From an uncultured Chloroflexia bacterium (lineage in GTDB: Bacteria > Chloroflexota > Limnocylindria > Limnocylindrales > CSP1-4): DNA of 64,000 bases. Below, in pieces: positions 37,900 through 49,162 of this stretch (position 1 is its first letter; each line of letters opens with the position of its first letter). Below the pieces are notes generated by a model. The model was not told where the DNA came from. It saw only the letters and a program-made list of their open reading frames with translations, and did not search any database. Location: contig CAVUJW010000009.1 in the NCBI GenBank assembly GCA_963741915.1, forward strand, positions 61,960 through 125,959. The letters run 5' to 3'. Position numbers and translations under genes: made by a program.

Positions 37900-38968
37900 G
37901 CAGGTTGCGGGCGCGCTTCAGGATCTCGTTCTCTGGAAGGCCAGAGTGGAATCGGCGTGCCTCGGCGACGAAGCGATCGTCCGCGGCCGCGCGTGCAGCA
38001 GCCGTGGCGGCGCTGCGATCCCGGACACGCGCCCAGCGCTCGTGGGCAGCCAGGCGGGCGAGGGAAGCGCGATCCCCCGTACCAAGTGGGCGCTCGGCCC
38101 GGTCAGGCGGCTTTGGGCCCGTGGGAGCCCCGGCGCGACTGGCTCAACTTCAGCGCCTCGTCGGCCTCTTCGGCGGCGCCATCGCCGAGAAAATTGCCAG
38201 CCAGGCGTCGGTGCCGACCGGCGTCGGGCACCGCCGCGGCATTGGATCCGACAGGATGTCGCCGAGCGCTGCCCGGCGACCACTGGGGAACATTGGGACA
38301 GTGGCGCACGCTAGGCCGGCCGTTTGAAGCTCGCCGAGACGAGTGCCCGGTGCTCGTCCGTCGAGGCCCTGGTAGCCGCCACCTCGCTTGGCCACGCGGG
38401 CGACGAAGTCGACACGCGCTCTGCTCGGCGTGATGAAGACGACGTGCCAGCCCGAGCGGCCGGCGAGAGCATCGGAATAACGCGCGAGTTTGTCGCGGAT
38501 GTCCTGGCCGTGCTCGGTCGCCTCGTCGATCTCGAGGCAGAGGACGGCCGAGCCCGACTCCGCCCGGAGGGCGACGACGCTATCGGGGTAGACGCCGGGC
38601 AAGAGGTCGGACGCCATATACTCGGAATACCAGACTTGGACAAGCGGGCGACCGTCGCCGGTCGGGGCGCGTACGAGTGCGCAGCCGGTCTCGACCGACG
38701 TTGAGCGAGTGACGGAGCTGGGTCCCGGCGCGGAAGCGCGTGAGCGAGTCGTAGTGGAGGCGGCGGCGGCCCTTGGCCGCGACGCGGAAGGCGAGGGTGA
38801 ACCTCCGCGGGTCGTCGGCGGTAGGACGGCGCGATCGAGATAGCCAAGCTCGTACAGGGCGGAGAAACGTTCCTGGGCGGTCTGGCGGCGTCGGTAGACG
38901 AGGGTCGTCAGCTGGCTGGTGGTTGCGAAGAGGCGGCCGGTCGCGACCGTTCCACCCGTGAGATGCAC
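37900..38968 (-). pseudogene. Replication-relaxation family (Replic_Relax-like) protein, degraded copy 1
   Basis: TSQLTTLVYRRRQTAQERFSALYELGYLDRAVLPP...LLPGVYPDSVVAL...AVLCLEIDEATE...KLARY with several frame changes. Confidence 0.5.
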
Positions 38969-38974
38969 CGCAAG

Positions 38975-39566
38975 GCTGCCCGGCTCCCATCCGGAAAGAC
39001 ATTCGACGCCTGGGAACCGAAAGCCTCGGCGATCCCAGGTGAGGCTCAGTGGGCGCTGCGGACCCTCGACTGGATCGGGCGGGCTGAGAACCTCGTCCTG
39101 GTCGGTCCGTCAGGGACCGGGAAGTCCCATTTCGCCGAGGCGATCGCCCACGCGGCCATTGATCGGGATCTACGCGTGAGCTGGTTCAGTCTCGAGACGC
39201 TGACCGCGACGATCGCCGGGTCCAAGGTCGACGCCTCGATGCACACGGTCGTCGATCGGATCGTCCGATCTGAATTCGATCGTGGTCGACGACATCGGCC
39301 TGCTGCCGGCCGGAGCCGACGAGGCCGAGGCCCTCTATCGCCTCGTCGACGCGGCCTATGAGCGCCGCTCGCTGATCATCACCTCGAACCTGCACCCTGC
39401 CCGCTTCGACTCGATCTTCCCGAAGGGCCTCGCGACGGCGGCCGTCGACCGTCTGCTCCACCACGCCCACGTCATCGTCACCGAGGGTCAATCGCACCGT
39501 CTGACCGAGGCGCTCGAGGGTCGTGGCGTGGAGCCGCTCGATGCATCGTCGGACGAAGGCACTTGA
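38975..39566 (+). pseudogene. istB: IS21-family IstB helper ATPase, N-terminally truncated, internal frameshift
   Basis: Walker A LVLVGPSGTGKSHFAEAIAHAA, then VDDIGLLP...ERRSLIITSNLHPARFDSIFPKGLATAAVDRLLHHAHVIVTEGQSHRL. No istA present. Confidence 0.75.
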
Positions 39567-39704
39567 GAGGTCTCACTGTCCTGCGTGGTCTCCGACGAAG
39601 CCTCTATCGGGATCATCATCGGACCCGGGCTGGGGATGACGACCAAAATGACCTGACGACCCCTTCTCGCATACCCTGCCGATCAACCGGAGAGGTGGCA
39701 ATTC

Positions 39705-40220
39705 GTGTCCGAGACCATGATCGACGAGGCGCGCCGGCGCAACGTTGAGCTCGACGCCGTCAATGGCCGGAATCTGGAAGCGATCGACGCGTTCGGCTGG
39801 GCCCTGGTGATGGTCGGACCAACGCGGAACGAGCGGTTCGTTCCCTTCGCCTACACGATTGGTCTGTCTCGGCTGGACTCGCCGGAGGTGATCATCATCG
39901 GGATCGACCCTTCACCGGCCGGTCGCATTCTGAACGACATTGGCACCATCGCGCTCAACGGCAAGAGGATCGACGTGGGCCCTCTCCCCGGGATTCTCGG
40001 TGGTGACTACATCCTCGATCTGCGGGAGATGGGCGCCCTTCATTACGACGAGTATCTCGGCCGCCTGCTCTGGTTCCACAAGCAGTTCGGCACTGGCCGG
40101 CTGCGTGTCCTCCAAGCGGTCTGGCCGGACAAATTGGGACGCTACCCTAACGACCCGGGTCTAACAGACGAGGAGCGCGCCCGCTTTGTCGAAGGTGAGC
40201 CGCTGCTGGGCCGCGTCTAA
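39705..40220 (+). CDS. DUF4262 domain protein
   Basis: Intact 171-aa ORF GWALVMVGPTRNERFVPFAYTIGLSRLDSPEVIIIGIDPSPAGRILNDIG...RVLQAVWPDKLGRYPNDPG matches the DUF4262 pattern. GC is about 60%. Confidence 0.6.
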   Translation: MSETMIDEARRRNVELDAVNGRNLEAIDAFGWALVMVGPTRNERFVPFAYTIGLSRLDSPEVIIIGIDPSPAGRILNDIGTIALNGKRIDVGPLPGILGGDYILDLREMGALHYDEYLGRLLWFHKQFGTGRLRVLQAVWPDKLGRYPNDPGLTDEERARFVEGEPLLGRV

Positions 40221-40474
40221 GACTGGGCCAGATACGTGGTGCTTCGAGCGGCGAGTCACCGTCGGTTGAATGACCTAGTCGCGAGCGAGGCATCAGCCAC
40301 GGGTCGCTGATCGCGCCTGTCGCAGGCCGCCGGACTTCCGGGTGGGCAGGTTCAGTGGCCGCCGGTGGGCAGATCCGATGGCCACGGCCGGGCAGGATCC
40401 GTGTCCGCCCTCAGGCAGTTCGACTTGGCCATTGACACTCCGATGTCAAGGGACATAAGGGACGGGAGGGTGGC

Positions 40475-40540
40475 GGCCACGAGATCTGGACAGGCGCGGA
40501 CACGGAACCTGGACAGTCGTGGCCACGAGATCTGGACAGT
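40475..40540. repeat. Two direct copies of 20-bp palindromic-core motif GGCCACGAGATCTGGACAG (BglII AGATCT core)
   Basis: Copies at 40475-40494 and 40521-40540. Related inverted copies at 42646-42664 and 42669-42687. Confidence 0.8.
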
Positions 40541-40938
40541 CAGAGGCCCCCGTACGAATCCTCCTCGTCCAGGTCGGCCAATTGGGCCGGGTGTAATGTG
40601 GTCGCGCCGACCCTTCGTCGGTGGAGGCGTGACACATGTTCTGGGACGATCTCGTGCGGCGGTGGCGACGTGAGGCAGGTGGGCTGAACCCACGGCTCCT
40701 CCAATCAGCGGCTGGGCATGTGGCTGTGCTGCCTGGGCCCAGGCCCCGCCGACGTTCCTGGGTCCGCTGGCTTCTCCTGATCGCACTCGGCGTTGTGCTG
40801 ATTGTGCTGCTCGGTCAGGTCGGTCACGGGCAAGCGGTCGCCGTAGTCGCTGCCACCTGACCTCGTCTGGTCGCGTTCGTCAGTCCGGCTGAGATCGCCT
40901 TGGGTTTCGTATACAGGGCCTCAGGCAGTAGCCCCTTG

Positions 40939-41214
40939 TCACTCAGGCTCGGCCGCCTCCAATGGCATCACGCCACGACCGTCGAGTGCCTCGGTGAGGC
41001 GATGCGACGTGCCCTCGGTGACGATGACGTGGGCGTGGTGGAGGAGCCGATCGACGGCGGCGGTCGCAAGGCCCTTGGGGAAGATGGTGTCGAAGCGGGC
41101 CGGGTGGAGGTTGCTCGTGAGGATGAGCGAGCGCCGCTCGTAGGCCGCGTCGACCAGGCGATAGAGGGCCTCGGCCTCGTCGGCGCCGACGGGCAGCAGT
41201 AGGGTCGGCGGCAA
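40939..41214 (-). pseudogene. istB: IS21-family IstB C-terminal fragment (second copy, inverted; about 85% nt identity to 39300-39540)
   Basis: LLLPVGADEAEALYRLVDAAYERRSLILTSNLHPARFDTIFPKGLATAAVDRLLHHAHVIVTEGTSHRLTEALDGRG. Confidence 0.75.
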
Positions 41215-41458
41215 GGCGCCGTGCGGCCTCTCAGCCGTCGGTCTCCTCGCCGCCGCCCTCCGAACCGGACGTGCGCGTTCCCGCGCATCCGGCTCTCCAC
41301 GAACACCCGGAGCAGGTATCGATCACGCGAACGCCTCAGCCAGCCGACCGAGGAACGCCGGATCGTCGTGCGACGTGCGCCCAAAGCGCGCGCCACTCGG
41401 ATCAAGCGTCCCCTCGTTCCATGGGGTCGAGATCCGCCCGCCCCGGAAGCGGTAGGCG

Positions 41459-41961
41459 ATGGTCGAGGCGATGCTTCTGGGCGGCCTGCGCCGCTCTGAG
41501 GTCCTCGGCCTCCGCCTTGCCGACCTCAACCCGGGTGAACGGCGGGTGTTCATCGCGGCGGGCAAGGGCGGTCATCAACGGGTCGTCCCGATCTCGGCCC
41601 GATTCTTCGAGAACTCGGCCGCGTATCTCGCGACCGAGCGTCCCGAGACCCGATCGGAGGCGCTCTTCGTGAGCCTGAAGGGGCACCGCCGGGGACAGCC
41701 CCTCTCGTCGGCCGGGCTCGACGAGATCCTCCGCGGTGCGCGCCGTCGAGCGAGTCTCGGACCGATCACCTGCCACCAGCTCCGCCATACCTGCCTGACC
41801 CGCCTGCGGGAGGCCGGTGCATGGCCCTGGAGGCCATCCAGGCCCGAGCCGGCCACCGCTCGATCGAGTCGACCCGCGTCTATCTGCACTTGACGAGCGA
41901 CTGGCTCGCCGACGAGTACGCTCGGGCGGTCGTGGCCATCGAGGCCGAGGTCGGCCGGTGA
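41459..41961 (+). pseudogene. Tyrosine recombinase (phage integrase family) C-terminal catalytic fragment
   Basis: LLGGLRRSEVLGLRLADL (box I Arg), CHQLRHTCLTRLREAG (box II His-x-x-Arg) and AGHRSIESTRVYLH (catalytic Tyr), with one frameshift. N-terminal core-binding domain is absent. Confidence 0.7.
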
Positions 41962-42253
41962 CCGCCCTCCGGCTGTCGCCGGCGCACGAGCGGCTTGTCG
42001 AGCGGTATGCCGAGGAGCTCTCCCGCGCCGGTACGACGATCGACCACTCCTGGCTGTGGGCGGCCGCGCCTTCTGTGCGCGTTTTCGGTGATGGCGAGAC
42101 TTGGTCCGCCCTCGGCGTCGCCGATCAGATCGCCCTCAGACATTGAAGATTTAAGCGCTTCGTCGCGTGGCTGATCGCGACCCGTCGCCTGCGGCCGAGC
42201 GCCGAGTACCTCGTGACTCGCAGGATCCACCTGGGCGACATCGTCGCCCGTCA

Positions 42254-42547
42254 TCATCCGGACTTCTTCGCCGAGGTCCAGCGCCACCGCAGCCGAGATC
42301 GGATTTCGGCCCGGCGTCGATCGGGCGCCAGTGGCGCGCGCTTACGCAGGTCTGCGCCCTCGCCCGGATCGAGGACCTGGTCGCGTCGCGCGGATCGACC
42401 GGTCGGCAGTCGGCCGGTCTCGCGCAGGCGGACATAGCGGGCGACGGTCATCGGCGAGCAACCGGCCAGGCGAGCCGCATCACGCAGGCTGCCCGTCAGG
42501 TCGAACGCCTCGAGGATCTCAATGATGTCTCCGGTATACCTTGCCAT
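42254..42547 (-). CDS. HTH domain protein (transposase-type N-terminal HTH, possible IstA remnant)
   Basis: MARYTGDIIEILEAFDLTGSLRDAARLAGCSPMTVARYVRLRETGRLP resembles IS21/IS481 transposase N-terminal HTH. Confidence 0.4.
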   Translation of the reverse strand: MARYTGDIIEILEAFDLTGSLRDAARLAGCSPMTVARYVRLRETGRLPTGRSARRDQVLDPGEGADLRKRAPLAPDRRRAEIRSRLRWRWTSAKKSG

Positions 42548-42645
42548 ATTGCCGCCCTCGGTTCCTGGGGTTCCACAACACCCTCAGTGAACCGGGGAGG
42601 GACGACTCAGCTCACGGCGCCCTCAGGCGACCGTCCGGCGAGCCC

Positions 42646-42687
42646 GTCCAGATCTGGTGGCCGCCACCGTTCAGATCTCGTGGCCGT
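42646..42687. repeat. Two inverted copies of the GGCCAC(G/C)AGATCTG(G/A)AC motif
   Basis: gtccagatctggtggccgc (42646-42664) and gttcagatctcgtggccgt (42669-42687). The reverse complement matches the 40475 and 40521 copies. A shared flanking block gcggacacgRaacctgRac is also conserved. Confidence 0.8.
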
Positions 42688-43086
42688 CAGCGTTCAGGTT
42701 CGTGTCCGCCTCCGTCCACATTCCCATGTCCGCTGGCACGAGACCACTGGCACGTCGCCGCGAGTGCGACAATCGCCCGCCCGGATCCGCAGGGGAGATC
42801 GGTCGCGGAGACGTACAACGGTTGTTCGATACCGGACCGCGTCAGCTCGGATTGGCAGCCGGCGTGGTGGGACCCCCGAGTAATTCCCCATCGAGCCTAC
42901 GCCCGTCCCGGCCGGCTGCCGGCGTTGGTCAAGCATTTGCTCTTGCCCGTGTCGAGTTGCTATTGACTTCCAACGAGTCGGGGGGGCACAGTGACCAGGG
43001 TTGTCCTAGAAGGTGCTGGAGGGGGATGTGCCAAGTCTTGAAGTTAGACGACCGGGACGCTGGTCCAAGTTGAGGCTCAGGCCGCG

Positions 43087-43662
43087 TTGGGCAATCAAGC
43101 TCGGTCTAGCACCAATCCTGATCCTCGTCTTCTTCCAGGCACCGCTTTCGGATATCACTGGGCAACCGACGGCTGGTCAGATCGACATACGGGATATCCA
43201 GCGGTCCCCAATGGCCTGAGCGCAATCAACAGCACATTTGGAACGCGCTGCACCAGTAACTTCATCTTCAACAAGTTCACGTGGCTGGCCGAGAACGCCA
43301 GCTGGAACGTGAACTTCCACAAGAAGCTCGGGGAGCGCCGACCCCAGGTTGGGTACGTGGGAAACGGCGGCGGATCGACGCAACCTCTTCTATGACGTCC
43401 GCGGACACATCGCGAACGGCCATATGACCGTCCTGGGCGGTATCGGGGGCATAACTGCCGGCTGCAGTCCGGCTCCACGACGCTCTGGAGCACCCACGCC
43501 TGGGGTATTGCCATCGACATCAACTGGAACCACGAGCACGTTGGTCACTGCCACAACCACACCATCCCAGCAAATGTCTCGAGCACGTTCCAGAATCACG
43601 GATGGGAATGGGGATTGGCGTTCTGCGACGCCGAGCACTTCCAATATGCGACGGGCTACTGA
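43087..43662 (+). CDS. M15-family zinc peptidase (VanY/endolysin-like D,D- or L,D-peptidase), about 3 frameshifts; start uncertain
   Basis: Exact SxHxxGxAxD motif (STHAWGIAID), followed by NHGWEWGLAF and the third Zn ligand region DAEHFQY, then stop. GC about 55%. Pieces are in ORFs 43087-43395, 43349-43735 and a third frame. Confidence 0.5.
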
Positions 43663-43847
43663 TATGACTACGGATTCGATCCGCCAAGCGCGGAATCATC
43701 CCTCGTTGCCGTCGCAGCCATGCTCGGGACCTTAGTTGGAGTCGCCACGGCCGCGCCGAAACCGCTCGCCGTAGCCGAAGCGCCTTTCGACGTGGCGCAG
43801 ATCACCGGAACGGGCGAGCGTCTGATCCTGGTCATCAGCGGCAGATT

Positions 43848-44303
43848 TTGACCAGAGAGGACGCCGAAAAGGGGGTGGCCGCCATTAGCTTCGGTGACAT
43901 GGCCGGCTTCTATGTCGACTTGACGGACAACTACAACGTCATCGGTGTCTATGGTCAAAAAGATCCGGACATTGTGCCGATCACGTGCGAAGACATTCCC
44001 CAGTCGGTCGGAGAATGCGAACCTGGCAGCATCATCGAGGCCCATCAGGCCGTTACGCTTCAATACCGCGAGCTGACCCCGGGTAAGGGCCTTGCACTCG
44101 ATCCGGACGACCCGGCGTGCGATTTGATCGGGCATCCGCCGTGTGTATCGAAGCGCCTGAATGCGCTTCTCACCGGATCCGATGAACAGCTCGAGAAAGG
44201 GAACTTCCTCGCTCTGTCGGCGTTCCGCACGCTGACTGGTGCGGAGGAGTTTGCCGAGCTGCTGGTGATCGCGGAGCAATTGTCAGTGTCATACGAGCAG
44301 TAA
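43848..44303 (+). CDS. Hypothetical protein (low GC, island cargo); possible upstream signal-peptide exon at 43729 if a frameshift is assumed
   Basis: Intact 151-aa ORF with balanced composition (MTREDAEKGVAAISFGDMAGFYVDLTDNYNVIGVYGQKDPDIVPITCEDIPQSVGECEP...). The upstream ORF MLGTLVGVATAAPKPLAVAEAPF is signal-like. Confidence 0.45.
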   Translation: MTREDAEKGVAAISFGDMAGFYVDLTDNYNVIGVYGQKDPDIVPITCEDIPQSVGECEPGSIIEAHQAVTLQYRELTPGKGLALDPDDPACDLIGHPPCVSKRLNALLTGSDEQLEKGNFLALSAFRTLTGAEEFAELLVIAEQLSVSYEQ

Positions 44304-45349
44304 AGGCCGGGGACACGTACGTCGGCCTCGGTGGGAAGCCCCGTCCAGGCACGGCGAAATCTAGGCCAGTGCTCAGTCCCTCAGTGATCCCGACAAGTAT
44401 CGAGCAGTAGGCTTCGAGCCCTCGCTTGGTTTGCGGTTCTAAGCGATCAGGCGCTCGCTCTGAGCGATCCCCGAGCCTTCGGGTGGTCAGGGCTATGCCA
44501 CCGCCGCCGAGCCCGAGCGCCTCGATTGCCTGGCGGAGACTGGCCACATGCCCCGAAGCAGTAAACGGATCAGGTCGTCCCGGACGACCTTCAGCTGATG
44601 AGACCGCTCAATTGTCGCGTCTGGTAGTCTGGCCCAGTGGCGTACGGGTCCAGTTCGCGGCGGTACCCGGATCGCGTCGAGTTGACGATCCTCTCGGGAG
44701 TCACAGGCCAGGCTGCCCGGCGCGGATACCGGTCGCCGCGTCGAACGTCCGCGGTAATTCGAGCGACAATGACCTCGCCCGGTTCCGGGACCCTGATTAC
44801 TCGGTGGCACGAAGCAGACGAACGTGCGCTCCGTGCGGTCGGTAGGCGGCGTTCTCGCGAGCCGGGTTAACGGAAACCGAGCTCGACGCCGTCTATTTGC
44901 CGAGGGTTAAGGTAAGGTCGCGCTGCGTTGCCGCCGCTCCAGGGCGTGGCCCGAGTCGACGATGGTAGACAGCAGTCCTTAGCAGGCGCCGCCAGACGAT
45001 TGGCCAACATGGGAATACGCTTTGACCGCTGCAGATCGAGGCCGACCGTTTCCTGCGCGAGACGATCGACCGGGTCCGCGACGCCGGCGCGAGCGGCAAG
45101 CCTCAGTCGCGCTTAGGTGCGCGGCACAACTTGCCAGGGGGCCGACACTATGTCCATTAAGCGGCGAGACAATCGATCGTCGGGTCGTGCCGTCGCCCGG
45201 CAGCATCGGCCTTCGACGGGCGGCTCCGAGTCGGGGGCTTCTGCCACCGCGCCCCCGGGCAGGTGCGGACCAGCATGCGCCGAGCACCGGGTTGCGGGCG
45301 CCGCTTCACGATCTCCTCGTCCGCGGGGCCGGGATGGAATTGGGGGCGA

Positions 45350-46420
45350 GCTTTCCACGATGAAGACGATCGTCGGCCGCCGTCCGGCCAGCGGTTGCCG
45401 CGCTGTCGATCTACCGAACACGCGCCCAGCGCTCATGGGCGAGCCAGGCCGGCGAGTCGAGGCACGATCTGTTACACGGAGAGTGCGGCCGGGCCTGTCG
45501 GGCCGAGGTGCCGGCTGATCGCTGCGCCGATGCACGGTCACCGCAGCGCCTCCTCCGTCTCCTCGGCACCGCCGGTACCGAGGACCTGGAGCCAGGCATC
45601 GGTGCCGAACCGGCGTCGCGCAGCGGCGCGGCGCGGGGTGCGGTGGCGAGTTCGCCGAGCGCGGAGTCGCCGGCCACCAATGAACAGCGGAGCCAAGATG
45701 TCATCCCGAGGCCGGAGCAGAAGAGCTTCGCCGAGCGCTAGCGCCCATGCGCGACCGGATCACGCCCGGATCGCCACCACCGCGCCGAGCAACGCGGGCG
45801 AGGAAATCGAAGCCGTCTGTCGGCTCGAGGACAACTGAAGAGCGACGTTCCGGCCGGAGCGGCCACGGAGGGCATCGCCGTAGCGGGCGAGCTCTGTCGG
45901 CAGGATTCTGCGGCCGTGCTCGGTCCCCTGGGTCGATCTCGAGGCAGAGGACTGCCGAGACGGTCGGTGCCTGGAGGGCGACGACGCTGTTGGGGTAGAC
46001 GCCGGGCAGGAGCTGCGCGGCGAGGTACATCGGGGTACGCGAGCTGGACCGGTGGCGGTCGGGCGGTGCGCGTGGCCCGGACGAGGGTGCAGAAGCGGTC
46101 TCGCGTCGTTGAGCGAGTGGCGAGAAGCTGGGTGCCGGCCCCGGAAGACGGGTTGAGCGAGAGGATGAGCCCAGACAGCATCGGGCCTCGGCCGACACGG
46201 CCGGAAGGCGTCTGGTACTCCGCCGCGGCTTGACGGTGGCAGGACGGCGCGATAGAGATTAGCCGACGATCTAGAGGGCGGAGAGGAGGTCTGCCTGCGG
46301 CGGTCTGGCGGCGCCGGTAGGCGAGAGTAGTGAGCTGAGGCCGTTGATGGCGACATCGCAGCGGTAGAGGAGTAGAAGGAGCAGGCCCGATCACAGTAGC
46401 GAAGGAGACCGGAGTCCATC
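45350..46420 (-). pseudogene. Replication-relaxation family protein, degraded copy 2 (paralog of 37900-38968)
   Basis: SSQLTTLAYRRRQTA...LYRAVLPPSSRGG...MYLAAQLLPGVYPNSVVALQAPTVSAVLCLEIDPGD. About 75-80% nt similarity to copy 1, including the downstream region (45418 vs 38028). Confidence 0.5.
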
Positions 46421-47999
46421 GCCGTCCGACGATCTGGTCACGGCGGCCAATGCGAGACGCCCGATCACGGAGTAGGGTCCCGCGGTCAAGGTCTCCCGCA
46501 TCCGCATAGCGATTCAGGGGCAGCCGATCGGGGCGCCGAAGACCCCGTCCCGCGACCCGCCAAACAACCAGTCCCACGTCATGCGGCAGACATGCCCGTC
46601 GGCGCGAGTCATCGATCACCTGACCCAGGCTGTTCGTGTTATCCAATTCGGGGCGACCTCGACCAAGGGCCTCAAGTCCTTCGTTTTCGAAGGCGGCCCG
46701 ACTCTTCAAGCTGCGAGTGGCGGGCCGGGACCGTGTCCGCGGGCGGGCGATCGAGCGGCGCGGCCGTCTGGCGCAGGGACGAGGCGTCGATCGACCGACC
46801 GGCCACGGCCGACCGGTCCGACGGCGCGGACCTTGACGATCAGCTACCCGGTTCGTCGTCAGCGACCAGTGGAGCGGTGAAGCTCCTCCTGGCTCGACGC
46901 GACGGGTGGCTGCAGTGGCAGCTCGGGTCCAGCCGAGAGCGGCGAGCGGACGATCGAGCGAGAGAGGCCGAGCCGCCTGCTCCGACCGTAGTCGCGAGCG
47001 ACGCGGCGGTGGGAGAGGGGGTTTAAGTCTATTGTTCAATCTATTGGGCCGACGGTCGACGTCCCAATTGACGCCCAGGACGACGTCTGCGACGCTACCG
47101 ATCGTGCTCGAGACAAAGCCAACCATACAACCTCAGCCGACGGACGGTCGGGACAGTCCAGACGCGCCGCCGAGCGCAGGATTGGCACCGAGCCCAGGAC
47201 GCCCTCGTCGAGACTACGCCATCGACAAGAGCTCGCCCGCCATGCCGGGAGGCCGACCCGAGGCGGATGCCTGGGCGGAGGCAGGCTGCCCGAACTGCGA
47301 GTTCACAGGCCAAGGCCGAGGATCTCGAGGCCCGTCTACTCGGACCGCGGACGCCGAGAGCGTGGCCCCCGGTGTAGCGGGTTCAACCGCTCGGCTGCGC
47401 ATGCGTCAGTCGTCGACCTCGACCCGACCGAGGGCCACGAGCAGGCGGGCTCCTCGAGCAGGCCCTCGTCAGTCAGCTACGAGGCGTTTCCGCCGCTCGG
47501 GCCTCCTTGACGGTCTGCCCCGTCAGCCGCGGCGCGCGAGCGGCGGCGGTATCTGCAGGGTGAGGATCGCGGTCCCGGCAGGAGAGGCTGGCCAGACGAA
47601 GGACGGGCCCCATGCCTATGTGCCCAGGTCTGGACAGTACTCGGTCCGCCAGGATCCGGGCATGCCGGCGTCCTGCCCGACGGTCGGATCACCTACCTCG
47701 CGGAGCCGCGGATCCGGTCAGCGGTCCACGCGGCATTACGACATCGCTTCGGGAACTCGACATCCGCGCCCTCTCGGACGGCGCCGCCGGTCGGGTAAGG
47801 CGGTTGGAGGCGGTTCGTGACCAGACGTGTCGGCCCGGCTGTCTGCAGAGCCACGCGATGAGCGGGCTGCCCACCCTCCTCGGGCCGGTGCATCCGCGAA
47901 TCACGTAGTGAGTAAGGTCTCAGGGCGATTCCCGCCTGAGCACGAATTTGTCTCGCGCCTGGTCAATCACCCATCTGTCATCTATGGCGATTGATGAGA

Positions 48000-49050
48000 G
48001 CACGTTGCGGACCGCGTTTGCGGGTCGCAGACACTGACGTGACCGCGGAGCGCCTTGCCATCGCGTCCCTCCCACTCTGTCCCTTCTGGGTCCTCTGGTC
48101 AGCGCTGGCGCGCGAGGCGGGTCGAGTCGGGCTGCGGTAGGCCGCACGCGCCCGCTCGGCCGCCGCCGATGCGCTCCATAGCGCGAGAGCATCGAGCGAT
48201 CCGCCCAGCCGCCCAGGACCATCACGTCGCCCTCGCTGTGGCCGCTTGCCAGCATGCTCGATCGCCCAGGTGTGGCGAAGCTGATGGGGGTGGACGCGGA
48301 GCCCGCCTGCGCGGCTCGACGGCCGATGGTGTGGTAGATCTCGTTGCCGGTCAGCGGCTGGCCCGTTCTCGCCCGCCACAGCGGCTCAGTCGGTCGCCGT
48401 GGGGCGCTCGGGGATGGCGCAGGTAGCGGAGCAGCGCCTTGGCGGTTGAGGCGCCGTAGACGACCGCCCTGCCACGTCGGCTCTTCGACGTCGAGGCCTC
48501 CACGAAGGCGACCTGTTGCGCGAGGTTCAGGTCCACGACCCGAGCCCGGCCAGCTCACCGCGGCGGATGCCCGTGTCGAGCATCAGGGACAGCATGGCCA
48601 GGTCGCGGCGGGCGATGAAGTCGGTCCCGGCGCAGGCGGCCAGCAGGCTCGCTGACCTCTTCGTCACGGAGCACCGCCGGGGGATTGACCGGCACCGATG
48701 GGGTCCGCATCTTCTCCATCGGCTTGCGCGCGATCTCGTCCTCGTCGACGAGCCAGCGCGAAGAACGGGCGCAGGGCGCGGAACAGGATGGAGACCGTGG
48801 CCGGCGCGTTGCCGCGCGCCTGGAGCTCCACGAGGAAGGCTTCCAGGTGCTCGCGGCGGATGGCGCCCAGCTCGCGCGGCATGCCCCTCTCGACGAGGAA
48901 GGGGTCGAGGCGATCGAGGGCCCGCAGGTAGGTGGCGATGGTCCGCGGCGCGCGGCCCACGCTGCGCAGGTGAAGGGTCCAGTAGTCGCGCGTGCTCGCG
49001 ATGGTCGGGCCGGACGCTAGACTAGGGGTCTCGGTGGTGGTCCTTGCCAT
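48000..49050 (-). pseudogene. int: Tyrosine recombinase/integrase (XerC/XerD-like SAM core-binding plus catalytic domain), multiple frameshifts, adjacent to tRNA-Leu
   Basis: N-domain YWTLHLRSVGRAPRTIATYLRALDRLDPFLVERGMP...REHLEAFLVEL. Catalytic HPHQLRHTWAIEHAG and LGGWADRSMLSRYGAH in different frames. Confidence 0.7.
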
Positions 49051-49162
49051 GGTGCGGGGCCTCTGTGTGACGAAAGGAACGAACACCCAGAGTTATACGC
49101 GCCTCATGCACTGTGCGCAAGCCCTCCACCGAGTTATACGCGACTCCTAAGCACAAAACCGC

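Noticed and set aside
41459-41961. Integrase catalytic fragment as a functional second integrase
   Set aside because: It lacks the N-terminal core-binding domain and has a frame change, so it is treated as a remnant.
44304-45349. Several 60-140-aa ORFs in the 1 kb between the hypothetical gene and Replic_Relax copy 2
   Set aside because: No start or RBS context, Arg-rich junk-like translations, and mixed frames. Probably decayed non-coding island DNA.
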